Shown in pieces: positions 23,635 through 34,195 of a stretch of 64,000 bases of DNA. Source of the DNA: Sulfolobaceae archaeon (GTDB lineage Archaea; Thermoproteota; Thermoprotei_A; Sulfolobales; Sulfolobaceae). How positions within the stretch are numbered: the stretch's first letter is position 1; every line of letters starts with the position of its first letter. The DNA lies in NCBI GenBank assembly GCA_038893355.1, contig JAWARQ010000004.1, forward strand, positions 1 through 64,000, given 5' to 3'. Both the position numbers and the translations under genes were made by a program. Under the pieces are notes generated by a model. The model had not been told where the DNA came from, made no database searches, and saw only the letters and a program-made list of their open reading frames with translations.

Positions 23635-24690
23635 TTACTCTAGGATATATCTTCTTCCTCTCCATTCAATTTCTTTATTATTCCAATTAATTAATAATAA
23701 GAAAAAACCGAAAAATATTGCAAATATCGAAAATATTGCAGGCAAGATAGACTGCTTTAAATAAAGTTTTCCTCTAAGAATATTTTTAAATATCCATAAT
23801 AATAATGGTATAAAAGATAAAAATGTATAAGCTGACAATAACATATTAATTATTAATAAAATAACAAAAATAATGAATATTTTAGCCCCGCGCCTAGAAT
23901 GTTTAATAATCATTAAAACTTCTCTACTAGCCCACTTCAATAAATTAGTTTCATGAAATAAATTAAGCGGCATTGCACTCCATATAAAGCCTATCCTTCC
24001 ACCGCTTTCTTTAATTAATCTAGTTAAGGTACAGTCATCGCAAATTTCCTCTGACAGTTCACTTATTACCCTAGTACTAAAGAATTCTCTCTTAAAAGCC
24101 ATAGATCCACCCCATAAAAATGTCCCGCCTACTGCTTGAGATTCGAATCCTAAAGTCCAAAAGCCTGCTCTTAATAAATTCTTAAAGGTAATCTTACTCG
24201 GTAAAGGCCATGAGAATACCGTAGTTGCATTGTAAATAGACAGAAAGGTTACTAAATATCTTAGCCAGTGCCTAGGGTATATAGTATCTGAGTCAGCAAA
24301 AATTATCACTTCACCTCGTGATTCTAAAAATCCAGATATTTGAGCCATTATTTTCCCACTGCATTTTTTACAATTATAGTTAGATTTTATAAGTTTTATA
24401 GGATATTTTTTTAAAATATTTACTATAGGATCTTCAAAGGAGTCTACTACGTATATAATCTCATAATTTGGATAATCTTGGTTAATTAAAGAACGAATGT
24501 GATCCTCTACTCTAACATCTATCCCTCTTATGGGGACTATTATTGATGCAAAGGGTAAATTAGCCTTAATCGAGATTAACCTCTTATCTAATTCTCTCCA
24601 TGAACGTTGCTCCTTATAAATTTGATATACTATCGCAAGAGATAGAAGGATAGGTATTATACTAAATGAGAGAAAACCTAACGTTATCAT
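23635..24690 (-). CDS. Membrane GT-A glycosyltransferase (GT2/GT21, ceramide glucosyltransferase-like)
   Basis: SIIVPIRG, QDYPNYE, DSD, WGGSMAF, DD; N- and C-terminal TM helices. Confidence 0.85.
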   Translation of the reverse strand: MITLGFLSFSIIPILLSLAIVYQIYKEQRSWRELDKRLISIKANLPFASIIVPIRGIDVRVEDHIRSLINQDYPNYEIIYVVDSFEDPIVNILKKYPIKLIKSNYNCKKCSGKIMAQISGFLESRGEVIIFADSDTIYPRHWLRYLVTFLSIYNATTVFSWPLPSKITFKNLLRAGFWTLGFESQAVGGTFLWGGSMAFKREFFSTRVISELSEEICDDCTLTRLIKESGGRIGFIWSAMPLNLFHETNLLKWASREVLMIIKHSRRGAKIFIIFVILLIINMLLSAYTFLSFIPLLLWIFKNILRGKLYLKQSILPAIFSIFAIFFGFFLLLINWNNKEIEWRGRRYILE

Positions 24691-24732
24691 ATTCTTTTTT
24701 AATCTTTTTACTAATATTAGAAGTTTTCTAAC

Positions 24733-25473
24733 TTATGAGAATCCTATTATAGGATTTTCTTGGAATTTATTGTCTAATTTATATTCTAATTTAAAGTACT
24801 CTAGACCCAGTTTTTCTAATAATGATTTAGCATTCTTTGAAATTTTAGGGGCAACTATCCCAGCTCTTACGTTCTTCATGTTTTCCTTAAAATATATGTA
24901 GTATCTATAAAGTTGTGATACTGCTTGTAAACTAGCTATACTTCTTTTAAATTCTAATATTAAATAATTACCATTCTTATCTATACCTAATAAATCTAAG
25001 ATTCCGTATGGAGTTCTTACTTCCCTTTGTATTGGCTTAAACCCCTCTTCTATTATCCAAGGATTACGATAAACATAATCTATCATTTCTTTTTCACTTC
25101 CGAATAATTCGAATTTGCCTGAATTTAATATTGACGAAGCTATATAATATATTTTATTTAAATATATCTCTAATATTTCTTTAGGTCTTTTTCTTTCTAT
25201 TATCATCTCTAAATATTTAAAAGAACTTTTTAAGGTAATTTTACAACCAGCAGGTTGCCAGTTAACTGGTTCCCTTTTTGTTCCTTCATGAATTATTACC
25301 GTATTATCAGTCTTTATTAATATAATTCTATCTGCAAAATCTGCTATTGAATTAGCCCTACCGTTATAATGGATTTTACAGTTTGCGAATATTACTAAAA
25401 ACTCTCTACTAATCCTCTCTATAAGAAAACTGTAAGCTTCATCAAAATTAGGTTCAAGTATTACTGAATACAC
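24733..25473 (-). CDS. nucS: Mismatch endonuclease NucS/EndoMS
   Basis: YNGRA, REPVNWQP, GILDLLG, LEFKR, AVSQLYRY. Confidence 0.93.
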   Translation of the reverse strand: MYSVILEPNFDEAYSFLIERISREFLVIFANCKIHYNGRANSIADFADRIILIKTDNTVIIHEGTKREPVNWQPAGCKITLKSSFKYLEMIIERKRPKEILEIYLNKIYYIASSILNSGKFELFGSEKEMIDYVYRNPWIIEEGFKPIQREVRTPYGILDLLGIDKNGNYLILEFKRSIASLQAVSQLYRYYIYFKENMKNVRAGIVAPKISKNAKSLLEKLGLEYFKLEYKLDNKFQENPIIGFS

Positions 25474-25485
25474 CGTAATACCATT

Positions 25486-26205
25486 TTAACTCTTAGACTT
25501 AAATCTTGCTCCACCATCTGCAGGAATTACTACTCCATTAATCCATTCTAAATCTGGATTTAAAAGCCAGACAATTATTTTAGCATAATCTTCTGGCGGA
25601 GCTTTACTATCTCCAAGCTTTCTTAACTTCTTCCAATCCCTATTTGGTTCAAAGTCACCATCAATAACGCTCGGTGCTATTCCTACTACCCTGATCCCTT
25701 GATCTATTAGCTCTGATGTAAGTATTTCTACAGCTTTAGTTAGACCGGCTTTCGCTATTGCATAGGAAAGTTGTGAAGGGTCAGCCTTATCAATAGCACT
25801 CATTGCCGAAACTAATACTATTGTAGAACCATAATGTAGGTATTTAAGTGATGTAGAAATTACATTTATTGGAATTTTTATATGATTATTCAACATTTCT
25901 TCTAATCCTATAGGATTAGACACAGTATCTTCTATATATCCTCCTATCGTAATTACTAAGTCATCCAATCCTCCCATTAATTTAACTGCTTCTGATATAA
26001 CACTTTCTGCACCTTCCTTAGTTGACACATCACCTGGTACTATATATACTTTCCCGCCTAAATTATTTCTAATTTCTTCCAATTTTTTCTTATTCCTAGC
26101 ATTTAATGTAACTATTGCTCCTTCATTTATAGAAAAATATGCTATAGCATAGCCTAATCCTTTACTAACTCCTACTATAAGTATTTTCTTATCTTTTAAG
26201 TTCAT
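25486..26205 (-). CDS. SDR-family oxidoreductase
   Basis: GVSKGLG, YAIAK catalytic motif, NGVVIPADGG. Confidence 0.9.
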   Translation of the reverse strand: MNLKDKKILIVGVSKGLGYAIAYFSINEGAIVTLNARNKKKLEEIRNNLGGKVYIVPGDVSTKEGAESVISEAVKLMGGLDDLVITIGGYIEDTVSNPIGLEEMLNNHIKIPINVISTSLKYLHYGSTIVLVSAMSAIDKADPSQLSYAIAKAGLTKAVEILTSELIDQGIRVVGIAPSVIDGDFEPNRDWKKLRKLGDSKAPPEDYAKIIVWLLNPDLEWINGVVIPADGGARFKSKS

Positions 26206-26207
26206 AC

Positions 26208-28202
26208 TTATCTTATAAAACTCTTACCTTTAAGCAATTCTTTAAGTTTTTCCTTATCAGAAATTGGCATGCTACATGTATTTCCTATACATACATATGC
26301 TCTGCTTCCTCTCTCCTTACCGGCGTATATCATACTTCTCACTATTGGGTTTACAAAATCTTTTCTATTTTCATTAACAACCTCTACAATCTTAAATGGA
26401 TAATAAGTTTCTAGTGCAGCCCTATGTAGAGATTCTGCTTTACCATCATTCTCATTTATTATTACTATATGTGCAATACCCTTAATTAATGATGCTAAGT
26501 TATAAATTAATCCTGCAAAGAATGATGCTCTCTCTAATACTATACTTGAAGCCAATCTCTTTATCAGATCATCTGGAATTTTAAACTCGTCTGGGTTTAT
26601 TATTGCAAGCTTAATTAATGCCCTTAATGCCAATGAGTTTGGGGACTCGTTTGGGGTATCAGTTACACTTATGTTGTCACTTATATCACTATCCTTAAAT
26701 CCGTAATCAGTTCTAAAATCTAACAATTTCTTGCCAATTTCTAAGAATCTATCATAAAACTTAACATCACCACTTATTTCATATGCCTTTATTAATAATA
26801 GTACTGCTGAAGCATGATCTTCTAAAGTTCCATTTCCGCCTCCATCTAACCTTCTAGAGACATTTTTACCTATCTTTCTAGCAACTTGTAACCCTTCATT
26901 TAACCCTTTTCCAATGATTATTGAGGACGATAATAATGCTTCAGCTACTCTGCAGTTTGGTAACGTGTATTTATTATCGTCTCTAAACGGTTTCTTTCTC
27001 GTTTTTTCTCTATATTCTAATAACTTTCTTCTAACTTGATTTAACCAACTTATTGCACCTTCTCTGTTAGTATTTAACATTCTCGATAACGTATCTAAGT
27101 CCACAAATCTTTTCAAAACCTTTCTACCTTCTACGATGCCCCCTTGTTTGTTTAATCCAAATATTTTCTCTACTAACTTAAACTCGTTCTCGTTCTTCAG
27201 GGCATCCCTTATTTCATCTAATGTCCATGTATAATACTTTCCTTCTATACCCTCACTATCAGCATCTAAACTGTTTGCAAATCCATCCTCGAGTTTTAAT
27301 TCTCTCAATATAAAATCAATTGTAAGATTTAATGCATCAAGTTGTTCAATATTTTTAGTTAGTAAATATGAATTATAATAATCTAAAGCTAATTCTGCAT
27401 TATCGATAAGTAATTTTTCAAAATGTGGAACCCACCATTCTCTATCTACAGTATATCTATGAAATCCTCCACCAACCTGATCAAATAATCCACCATAATA
27501 CATTTGCTTTAAATTAAATTCAACTATTTTTCTTTCTGTTTCATCACCACTCCAGAAATAATGGGATAGTAATAACTCATCTATTGTGGGGTGTGGGAAC
27601 TTAATCGTAGAATTCAGCCCACCGTACTCTAGGTCTATTTCTCCAATTATTGAAGATATGGCGTTTTCTATGAATTCATTATTTAGCTCATTATTTGTTA
27701 AGTTTTTTAAAGAAAGTATCCTACTAACCTCATTAGCTAATTCGAGTAGCTTATTTCTATCTTCTTTCCACAATCTAATTATCTCAGTTAATAATCTTTT
27801 AAAACCAGGTCTTCCAAATTTATCTTCAGGCGGAAAATAAGTACCACCAAAGAATACTTTTCCATCATAGGTCATAAATACTGTTAAAGGCCAACCTGAC
27901 TCTCCAGTAATTATCGATACTGCTGATTGTAATCTTCTATCTAAGTCTGGCATTTCATCTCTATCAACCTTTATTGGAATAAAGTACTTGTTTATTAATT
28001 CCGCTACCTCAGGATTTGAGTAAGTTTCTTCATCCATTACATGGCACCAATGACACCACGAAGCCCCTACATCTACTAATATAGGCTTGTCCTCATCTTT
28101 AGCCTTCGCAAAAGCCTCCTCAGACCATGTATACCAATTTACTGGTTGCTTTGCTGCTTCTCTTAAATACGAGCTTTTACTATTTAATAATCTTTCATTC
28201 AT
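26208..28202 (-). CDS. Thioredoxin-domain YyaL/SSP411 protein
   Basis: SSYL, WCHWCHVM, KVDRDE, GWPLTVF, PHFEKLL, LDADSEG, CIGNTC. Confidence 0.92.
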   Translation of the reverse strand: MNERLLNSKSSYLREAAKQPVNWYTWSEEAFAKAKDEDKPILVDVGASWCHWCHVMDEETYSNPEVAELINKYFIPIKVDRDEMPDLDRRLQSAVSIITGESGWPLTVFMTYDGKVFFGGTYFPPEDKFGRPGFKRLLTEIIRLWKEDRNKLLELANEVSRILSLKNLTNNELNNEFIENAISSIIGEIDLEYGGLNSTIKFPHPTIDELLLSHYFWSGDETERKIVEFNLKQMYYGGLFDQVGGGFHRYTVDREWWVPHFEKLLIDNAELALDYYNSYLLTKNIEQLDALNLTIDFILRELKLEDGFANSLDADSEGIEGKYYTWTLDEIRDALKNENEFKLVEKIFGLNKQGGIVEGRKVLKRFVDLDTLSRMLNTNREGAISWLNQVRRKLLEYREKTRKKPFRDDNKYTLPNCRVAEALLSSSIIIGKGLNEGLQVARKIGKNVSRRLDGGGNGTLEDHASAVLLLIKAYEISGDVKFYDRFLEIGKKLLDFRTDYGFKDSDISDNISVTDTPNESPNSLALRALIKLAIINPDEFKIPDDLIKRLASSIVLERASFFAGLIYNLASLIKGIAHIVIINENDGKAESLHRAALETYYPFKIVEVVNENRKDFVNPIVRSMIYAGKERGSRAYVCIGNTCSMPISDKEKLKELLKGKSFIR

Positions 28203-28279
28203 TTCTTTAATCTATACTTTCACGTTAATAAGATCTTGTTCAAAACTTTTATTTCGTGTCTTGAAGATATAAATGAACT

Positions 28280-28313
28280 GTGAAGAATGAGGTGATCGCT
28301 GATTTAATGATGA
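28280..28313 (+). ncRNA. Partial C/D-like element or strong SD with a guide complementary to the 16S 3' end
   Basis: GTGAAGA - ATGAGGTGATCG - CTGA - ttta - ATGATGA; no clear terminal D box downstream. Confidence 0.4.
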
Positions 28314-28358
28314 GTTTATTATTCCTTTAGGGGATATATATATATTGGGTGAAAATGT

Positions 28359-28871
28359 TTGGCTGATTTAGTGTTAGTTGGAAATTTGAATGAAGCTGCT
28401 AAGAAAGCGGCACAGTGGCTAATTAATAAAACTCCTATAAGATCAATTATTGATTGGGGTATCTCTTTTGCATTATGGCCACCCCACTTAACTACTAGCT
28501 GTTGTGGGACTGAATTCGGTGCTTTTGCTGCAGCTAGATTTGATGCAGAGAGATATGGAATGTTACCTTTCTCCTCAGCTAGGCAAACAAACTTACTAAT
28601 ATTAGAGGGCACGTTAACTAGAAAGATGGGTAGAGCTGCTAAAATAGTTTATGATCAAATGCCAGAACCAAAATATGTGATATCATTAGGGGCTTGTATA
28701 TTAGATGGTGGAATATTTTGGAATTCGTATAATACGGTATTACCAGAAGATTTAGGTATTCCAGTAGATCTTTACGTACCTGGTTGCCCCATAAGGCCAG
28801 AGGCAGTAGCTAGAGCTTTATTAGCTCTTCAAAGGAAAATCAGAAGTTCTCATTCTACTAATAATAAATAA
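28359..28871 (+). CDS. nuoB: NADH-quinone oxidoreductase subunit B (stand-alone)
   Basis: TSCCGTE, RFDAERYG, YDQMPEPKYVI.LGAC..GG, VPGCP.RPE. Confidence 0.92.
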   Translation: MADLVLVGNLNEAAKKAAQWLINKTPIRSIIDWGISFALWPPHLTTSCCGTEFGAFAAARFDAERYGMLPFSSARQTNLLILEGTLTRKMGRAAKIVYDQMPEPKYVISLGACILDGGIFWNSYNTVLPEDLGIPVDLYVPGCPIRPEAVARALLALQRKIRSSHSTNNK

Positions 28872-30070
28872 ATATTATTAACATTTGTAAAAGTATAACC
28901 AGTTTTTATAACAGCGTTATATCTTTCTAACAGCTCATAACTAGAATGGTTTGATAAATATTCCTCTATAGTCTCAACTGATACGTTAAAATTTTCATCA
29001 ATTACTCCTCCAGCATATTCGCTATTTCCGTCTATTCCATCAGTCGCTATAGCGTAAAATCTAAATTTACCTCTAACTCTTTTTCTTTTAGCGAAACCTA
29101 ATAATGTTTCCCCGTTTCTTCCACCCTTTCCTGCCTTACCTAGTAATTTTACTTCTGGTTCTCCTCCTGCTAATAATAAATAAGGCTTCTTAAATGGAAT
29201 TCCATAAATTTCTGTAGAATTATATATTGATGCGAGGAACTCGCCTAATGATCTTGCATCTCCACTAATTTCTGAGGACAGTATAAATGAGTTTTTATGG
29301 AGACTTGCTAGTTTCTTTAGAACTTCAAAATTATTTAAAATAATATGATAATAAGAATTATTTAAATATTTTGGAGTTTCTTTTAAGTATTTTAAGTAAT
29401 TTTGAAGATTAAGTCTAATTAGAATTTTTCTCGCATCCTCTATACTACTTAAGTCTGGTACCGTAGGCCCACTTCCGATGCTACTTATTTCATCACCTGG
29501 CACATCGCTTACTGCTAATGTAAGTATAGGCGATTTAGATTTTAGTGCTAATTTTCCCCCTTTTATTTCAGAAACATGTTTTCTTACAATATTTATCTCA
29601 TTAATTGAAATTCCGGATTCGATAAGTTTCTTATAAAGATCTCTTAGCTCTTCGAGCGTCATATTACTCAATTCTAACATGGAAGAAGCTCCACCAGATA
29701 TTAAGAAGAGTAGTAAATCGTAATCTTCATCACGTAAGGTTTCTAGTACAATCTGGGCAGCCCTTATACTATCTTCATCAGGGATGGGATGTGGAGCTTC
29801 AATGATCTCTGTGTTTTCTAAAGTAACTTTTGGACTTCCTTTAGGTTTTATTAAAATACTTCTTCTAACCTTTATTCTCTCTATAAAGAATTTCGCCATT
29901 TTAAAAGAAGCCTTGCCTACTGCTATTAATAATGGCTTTTGAGCTCTAAATTTTCTATTTTCGGCAATTATGAAATTATTCTTTATCCTTATCTTCTCTT
30001 TCAGAGCATTATAAGGATCAGAGAATTCTAATACCTTTTGTATATAATAATCAGTTTCTCTCAAGTTCAT
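28850..30070 (-). CDS. Glycerate 2-kinase (MOFRL family)
   Basis: AVGKAS, HPIPD, ISGGAS, SDVPGD, IGSGPT, GKGGRN, TDGIDG, TNVN. Confidence 0.92.
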   Translation of the reverse strand: MNLRETDYYIQKVLEFSDPYNALKEKIRIKNNFIIAENRKFRAQKPLLIAVGKASFKMAKFFIERIKVRRSILIKPKGSPKVTLENTEIIEAPHPIPDEDSIRAAQIVLETLRDEDYDLLLFLISGGASSMLELSNMTLEELRDLYKKLIESGISINEINIVRKHVSEIKGGKLALKSKSPILTLAVSDVPGDEISSIGSGPTVPDLSSIEDARKILIRLNLQNYLKYLKETPKYLNNSYYHIILNNFEVLKKLASLHKNSFILSSEISGDARSLGEFLASIYNSTEIYGIPFKKPYLLLAGGEPEVKLLGKAGKGGRNGETLLGFAKRKRVRGKFRFYAIATDGIDGNSEYAGGVIDENFNVSVETIEEYLSNHSSYELLERYNAVIKTGYTFTNVNNIYLLLVE

Positions 30071-30704
30071 TATTAACTATGATTTGCTCTCCTATTCTGT
30101 TATTTATACTTTTTATGGAATCATTTATCATAACATCAATTCTGTCTCCAGATTTCTTTAATATCTTAATTTTTACACCTGGCTTTATACCTATTCTATC
30201 TAACTCTCTAAGGATATCTTCACGTTCTTTAACGATCAACATTACATAATAATCTTTATTTTCCTCTGCCTCTGTAAGTGGAATTCCTTTAATTTTTATC
30301 CTTCCCGGTATTGGATGACCATGCGGACAGGTTTTAGGTCTTCCTAATATTTCATCAATTCTATCGAGTACGTCATCTGGCCATATATGCTCTAATTTAT
30401 GTGCTATCTCATGTGCCCTAATCCAATCAACTCCTAAAATATCGGTTAATAATCTTTCAGAGATCATATGCGATCTTATAAGCTTTTGAGCTATTTTCTT
30501 TCCGTCCTCAGTTAGTAATATTTTTCTGTTTTTTCTCTCTATTAATCCTAACTTTTCTAATTTATCTAGTATTTTGCTCACAGTTCCAGGGGATATATCT
30601 AATGTGTTAATTAAATCAATAACTCTTACGTAACCTTTAATCTCTTCGAGTTGGTAAATTTCTTTTAAATAATTTTCTATGGATTCAGATAACTTTTCCA
30701 TCAT
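30051..30704 (-). CDS. DtxR/MntR metal-dependent repressor with FeoA domain
   Basis: ENYLKEIY, ERLL, AHKLEH, CPHGHPIP. Confidence 0.92.
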   Translation of the reverse strand: MMEKLSESIENYLKEIYQLEEIKGYVRVIDLINTLDISPGTVSKILDKLEKLGLIERKNRKILLTEDGKKIAQKLIRSHMISERLLTDILGVDWIRAHEIAHKLEHIWPDDVLDRIDEILGRPKTCPHGHPIPGRIKIKGIPLTEAEENKDYYVMLIVKEREDILRELDRIGIKPGVKIKILKKSGDRIDVMINDSIKSINNRIGEQIIVNNELERN

Positions 30705-30969
30705 CTAAATTATTCTTGACGACTATTTTAGTATTTATCGTTTGAATTAGTCTGGGTGATATATCATCTCTTGTAAACACATTTACTGATGCATGGAATT
30801 TTCCAATAATCCCATTTTTAGAAAGATAATTTCTTATCTTATTGAGTACCTCATCTACTGCATTAGAGATATGTTCATGAAAATCAGATTTAATTATATT
30901 TTCTGGGAGTTCAAGTTCATCTATGTTCGCTATTGCATAATACTTACCTTTTCCATTATTTAGCCTCAC
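30685..30969 (-). CDS. Hypothetical protein
   Basis: 94-aa ORF overlapping the DtxR start. Confidence 0.6.
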   Translation of the reverse strand: MRLNNGKGKYYAIANIDELELPENIIKSDFHEHISNAVDEVLNKIRNYLSKNGIIGKFHASVNVFTRDDISPRLIQTINTKIVVKNNLDDGKVI

Positions 30970-31039
30970 AGATTTATGATAAGTATTACTCTGTTTAAAA
31001 GTTGAAGTTTTGAACTCGAATTTCTGTAACTATTTATTG

Positions 31040-31462
31040 ATGTACAAAATACTAATTAAAGTTAGGTCAACCACTAATAAGGGGAACTCATTAAAGGTAT
31101 TAGTTAAACATAGATTTATTCCTATATATTTTAATAAAAAAGATAATTATGAGTATTATCTAGTATTATATAATGGTAACCTTACAGAACTTAAAGAGAG
31201 TTTAGCTGACCTTGCTTACTCATTAAGTCTAGAAGGTAAAATAGGTGGGAAAGATTATGCAATAATATATGAGGTTAACGATAAATACATAGGTAAAATG
31301 TTAGGGAGTGGATTAGGGAGTTTATTAGGATATTCCCTCTTGGGTACCAGCGGATTAATTCTTGGACTTTTAGGTGGTCTTTTAATTGGTGAACTTATAG
31401 ATTTAGAATTAGGAGAAAAATTTATAGGTGTAATGGAATGGCCGATGTCAGTAAGAATTTAA
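31040..31462 (+). CDS. Hypothetical protein with glycine-zipper TM region
   Basis: GSGLGSLLG..LG..GLILGLLGGLLIG. Confidence 0.7.
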   Translation: MYKILIKVRSTTNKGNSLKVLVKHRFIPIYFNKKDNYEYYLVLYNGNLTELKESLADLAYSLSLEGKIGGKDYAIIYEVNDKYIGKMLGSGLGSLLGYSLLGTSGLILGLLGGLLIGELIDLELGEKFIGVMEWPMSVRI

Positions 31463-31836
31463 AGAATAGAATTAAGAGTTTAGGCTTAGGATTATTAATG
31501 ACAATATCGGCCTTTTGGTTAATTATTTTTGGTAGATTTGATATTTCACAAATAATATTTGGATTTAGTCCATATCCATTTTATATATTGAGTTTGATTC
31601 TTGGCTTAGAGAGAATAATATATGCAATTACTGGTAGTTCAAAAGTCTTCAAGTTTCTAATCGGTACAGGCGAAATATATGTATTCTCTATTTATATACT
31701 CACTATAACTTTTTTAGGTTTAGGATTGTATATTCTAATTTATACTTTATTTTTAAGAGATTTTATTTTAATTCTAATGGATATCCTAAATGGTATAGGA
31801 TATATATTATTTGCATATTATTTAATAAAATTATAA
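31438..31836 (+). CDS. Small multi-pass membrane protein
   Basis: About four hydrophobic helices; GGTG SD-like site before ATG. Confidence 0.7.
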   Translation: MADVSKNLKNRIKSLGLGLLMTISAFWLIIFGRFDISQIIFGFSPYPFYILSLILGLERIIYAITGSSKVFKFLIGTGEIYVFSIYILTITFLGLGLYILIYTLFLRDFILILMDILNGIGYILFAYYLIKL

Positions 31837-31846
31837 AGTGTTGGGC

Positions 31847-32368
31847 ATGAAGTGGTATACGGGAAAAGGAGATGAAGGTTTTACTTCGCTTCCCCAAATT
31901 GGAGACATATGGAAGGATGATATAATCATAGAGGCGATTGGCGATTTAGACGAGCTTAATTCTGTTCTAGGAATTTTATCTTCATTGTTTCCTCAGCTAA
32001 AAGAGGTAATAGAGAAGATACAGTCTGATATATTTTCCATTTCATCAGAAATTGTAGGCTTCGATGTCGGATTCACTTATGAGAGAGTGAAATTCTTAGA
32101 GGGAGAGATAGAAAAACTCTCTCAAGATATTCCACCATTATCTAACTTTATAATTCCAAATGGCCACCTTGCGGCATCTTTTGCACATTTTGCAAGAACT
32201 GTATGTAGAAGAGCTGAGAGAAGGGTTGTTAGTCTTTATAGGCAGAACAAGTCTAAAAAAGTTCACGTAGTATATCTGAATAGATTATCATCATTACTGT
32301 TTGTCATCGCATTATGGATAAATAAGATTACTAATAACCCTGAAACTATTTGGAAAGCTAGAAGGTGA
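31847..32368 (+). CDS. PduO-type ATP:cob(I)alamin adenosyltransferase
   Basis: [33 protein letters not shown]. Confidence 0.93.
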   Translation: MKWYTGKGDEGFTSLPQIGDIWKDDIIIEAIGDLDELNSVLGILSSLFPQLKEVIEKIQSDIFSISSEIVGFDVGFTYERVKFLEGEIEKLSQDIPPLSNFIIPNGHLAASFAHFARTVCRRAERRVVSLYRQNKSKKVHVVYLNRLSSLLFVIALWINKITNNPETIWKARR

Positions 32369-33287
32369 ACTCAATTCCTACATTTCTCTTTAGAGCCTCT
32401 TCATATGCAAATCTAGCAGCGAAATTATCTTCACTAGCTACTCCAACGGTCTTAAAAATAGATGGTCTCTCAATCTTAATGTTTTTAGCTAGTATTTCGC
32501 CTATCTCTAAGACTTTAACACTTTTTAATATTCCTTTTTTATAAGGTTCAATATAATCTCCTGTTTCTTTAGAAACGGCTTCTAAACTATCAACAAAATA
32601 TGTTTTACTCCGCATTATAGTATCATCGTCAATTTCCCTAGCTTCGGGAGTATGTGCGCCTATGCTAGCTACGTGAAAATCGTCTTTAAGTAATTTTCCT
32701 AAAACTACTGGTGTTGTAGAAGAAGTAGTACTAAATATTACATCAGACTCTCTAAGGAGTTTCTCTAATTCAACAGCTTCTCCACCAACCTTTTGGGCTA
32801 GTTTATAATGATTTTTCCTTGCTGTTATTAATAATTTGTTAATTTTAAAATATTCCTGTGCAAGTATAGCATGGTACTCTGCTTCCATTCCAGCCCCAAT
32901 TATTCCTAAGGTACCAATATTTCTTTTACCTAGTGCAATTTCTGTGGACAGAATACTAGCAGCAGATGTTCTTATTGCAGTTAATACTGTTCCATCCATT
33001 ATTGCTAAAGGCCTACCGTCCTTTACGTCCAGTAAAACTACTATACCTTGTACTGAGGGAAGATTCCTCTTCTTATTTTCTTCAATAACATTCACTATCT
33101 TAGTAACTAGATATTCTTCAGTGTGAGATATCATAAAACCCCACCAATTGTTACTAACACTAAGAACTAGTCTAGGAACTTGAACTACCTTTTTTTCATA
33201 TAAGGAGATAAAAGCTCTTTTTACTGCTGCGACAGCAATCTCTGGCTTTAATAACTCCTTTAAATCATCTCCGCTTAATAATCTCAT
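32358..33287 (-). CDS. Ornithine cyclodeaminase/mu-crystallin family protein
   Basis: [29 protein letters not shown]. Confidence 0.9.
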   Translation of the reverse strand: MRLLSGDDLKELLKPEIAVAAVKRAFISLYEKKVVQVPRLVLSVSNNWWGFMISHTEEYLVTKIVNVIEENKKRNLPSVQGIVVLLDVKDGRPLAIMDGTVLTAIRTSAASILSTEIALGKRNIGTLGIIGAGMEAEYHAILAQEYFKINKLLITARKNHYKLAQKVGGEAVELEKLLRESDVIFSTTSSTTPVVLGKLLKDDFHVASIGAHTPEAREIDDDTIMRSKTYFVDSLEAVSKETGDYIEPYKKGILKSVKVLEIGEILAKNIKIERPSIFKTVGVASEDNFAARFAYEEALKRNVGIEFTF

Positions 33288-33341
33288 GAAATATTATTGA
33301 ATAATACACCTTTTAATCTTATCATTTTTACTTTAATTACT

Positions 33342-34193
33342 GTGAAACTAGAGCTTGGTGAGTCGCCAAAAGATGGTGACCCTTATAATAATTTCGTGTT
33401 AGCGTTAACTGCAGCAGGGGCAGGTGAAGGAACTATAAAGCTTTATAGTACTGCAGTTAAAGACTTCTTAAATTTTATAAAGAAAGATCCTAGGCTAGTA
33501 ACATCAGAAGATTTAAATAGATGGATTTTGGATCTTCTTAATAGAGAAGGAAAAATAAAGAATTTAGATGATGCGAGGAGGGCAAGAAATACTACAATAA
33601 GAAGTTATGTTATTGCAGTTAAAAGGTTTCTTAAGTGGTTAGGAGTTAACGTTAAGCCAACATTACCCAAAGTGAGAAGAAAAGAGCCAAAGATAGTAAG
33701 TGAAAGTTACATAAGTAGTTTATTAAGTGCATGTAGGTCTCTAAAGTATAGAGTCATTTTAAGCCTTTTAATAGATACTGGTTTGCGCTCTAAAGAATTA
33801 CTTACACTGAAAAAGAGTGATATAGATATTGAGAGAAGGATGATAGTAGTAAGAAATACTAAGAACGGAGAAGAAAGGGTTGTTTTCTTTACAGATAGAA
33901 CTGCAGATCTTCTTAAAAAATATTTACCAACTGTTAAAGGCGAGAAATTATTCGATATTTCTTATCAAGCTCTATATAAAGCTATTAAACGGGTAGGTAA
34001 AAAGGTAGGAGTAGAACTAAGACCTCATATATTAAGGCATACTTTCGCAACCGTTGCAATTAAGAAAGGAATACCACTTCCAGTAGTTCAGAGGCTTTTA
34101 GGTCATAAGGATATAAAGACAACTCAAATATATTTACATTTGATAACAGATGATATTTTTAAAATTTATAAAGAAAAATTTAATAATATTTAA
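33342..34193 (+). CDS. xerA: Chromosomal tyrosine recombinase XerA
   Basis: TGLRSKE, K.G.ER, PHILRHTFAT, LLGH, TQIY; crenarchaeal XerA-like N-terminus; housekeeping neighbours. Confidence 0.88.
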   Translation: MKLELGESPKDGDPYNNFVLALTAAGAGEGTIKLYSTAVKDFLNFIKKDPRLVTSEDLNRWILDLLNREGKIKNLDDARRARNTTIRSYVIAVKRFLKWLGVNVKPTLPKVRRKEPKIVSESYISSLLSACRSLKYRVILSLLIDTGLRSKELLTLKKSDIDIERRMIVVRNTKNGEERVVFFTDRTADLLKKYLPTVKGEKLFDISYQALYKAIKRVGKKVGVELRPHILRHTFATVAIKKGIPLPVVQRLLGHKDIKTTQIYLHLITDDIFKIYKEKFNNI

Positions 34194-34195
34194 TA

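Noticed and set aside
28359-28871. Solitary NuoB as a novel hydrogenase-related subunit
   Set aside because: Separation of nuoB from the nuo cluster, next to glycerate kinase, is a known Sulfolobales arrangement
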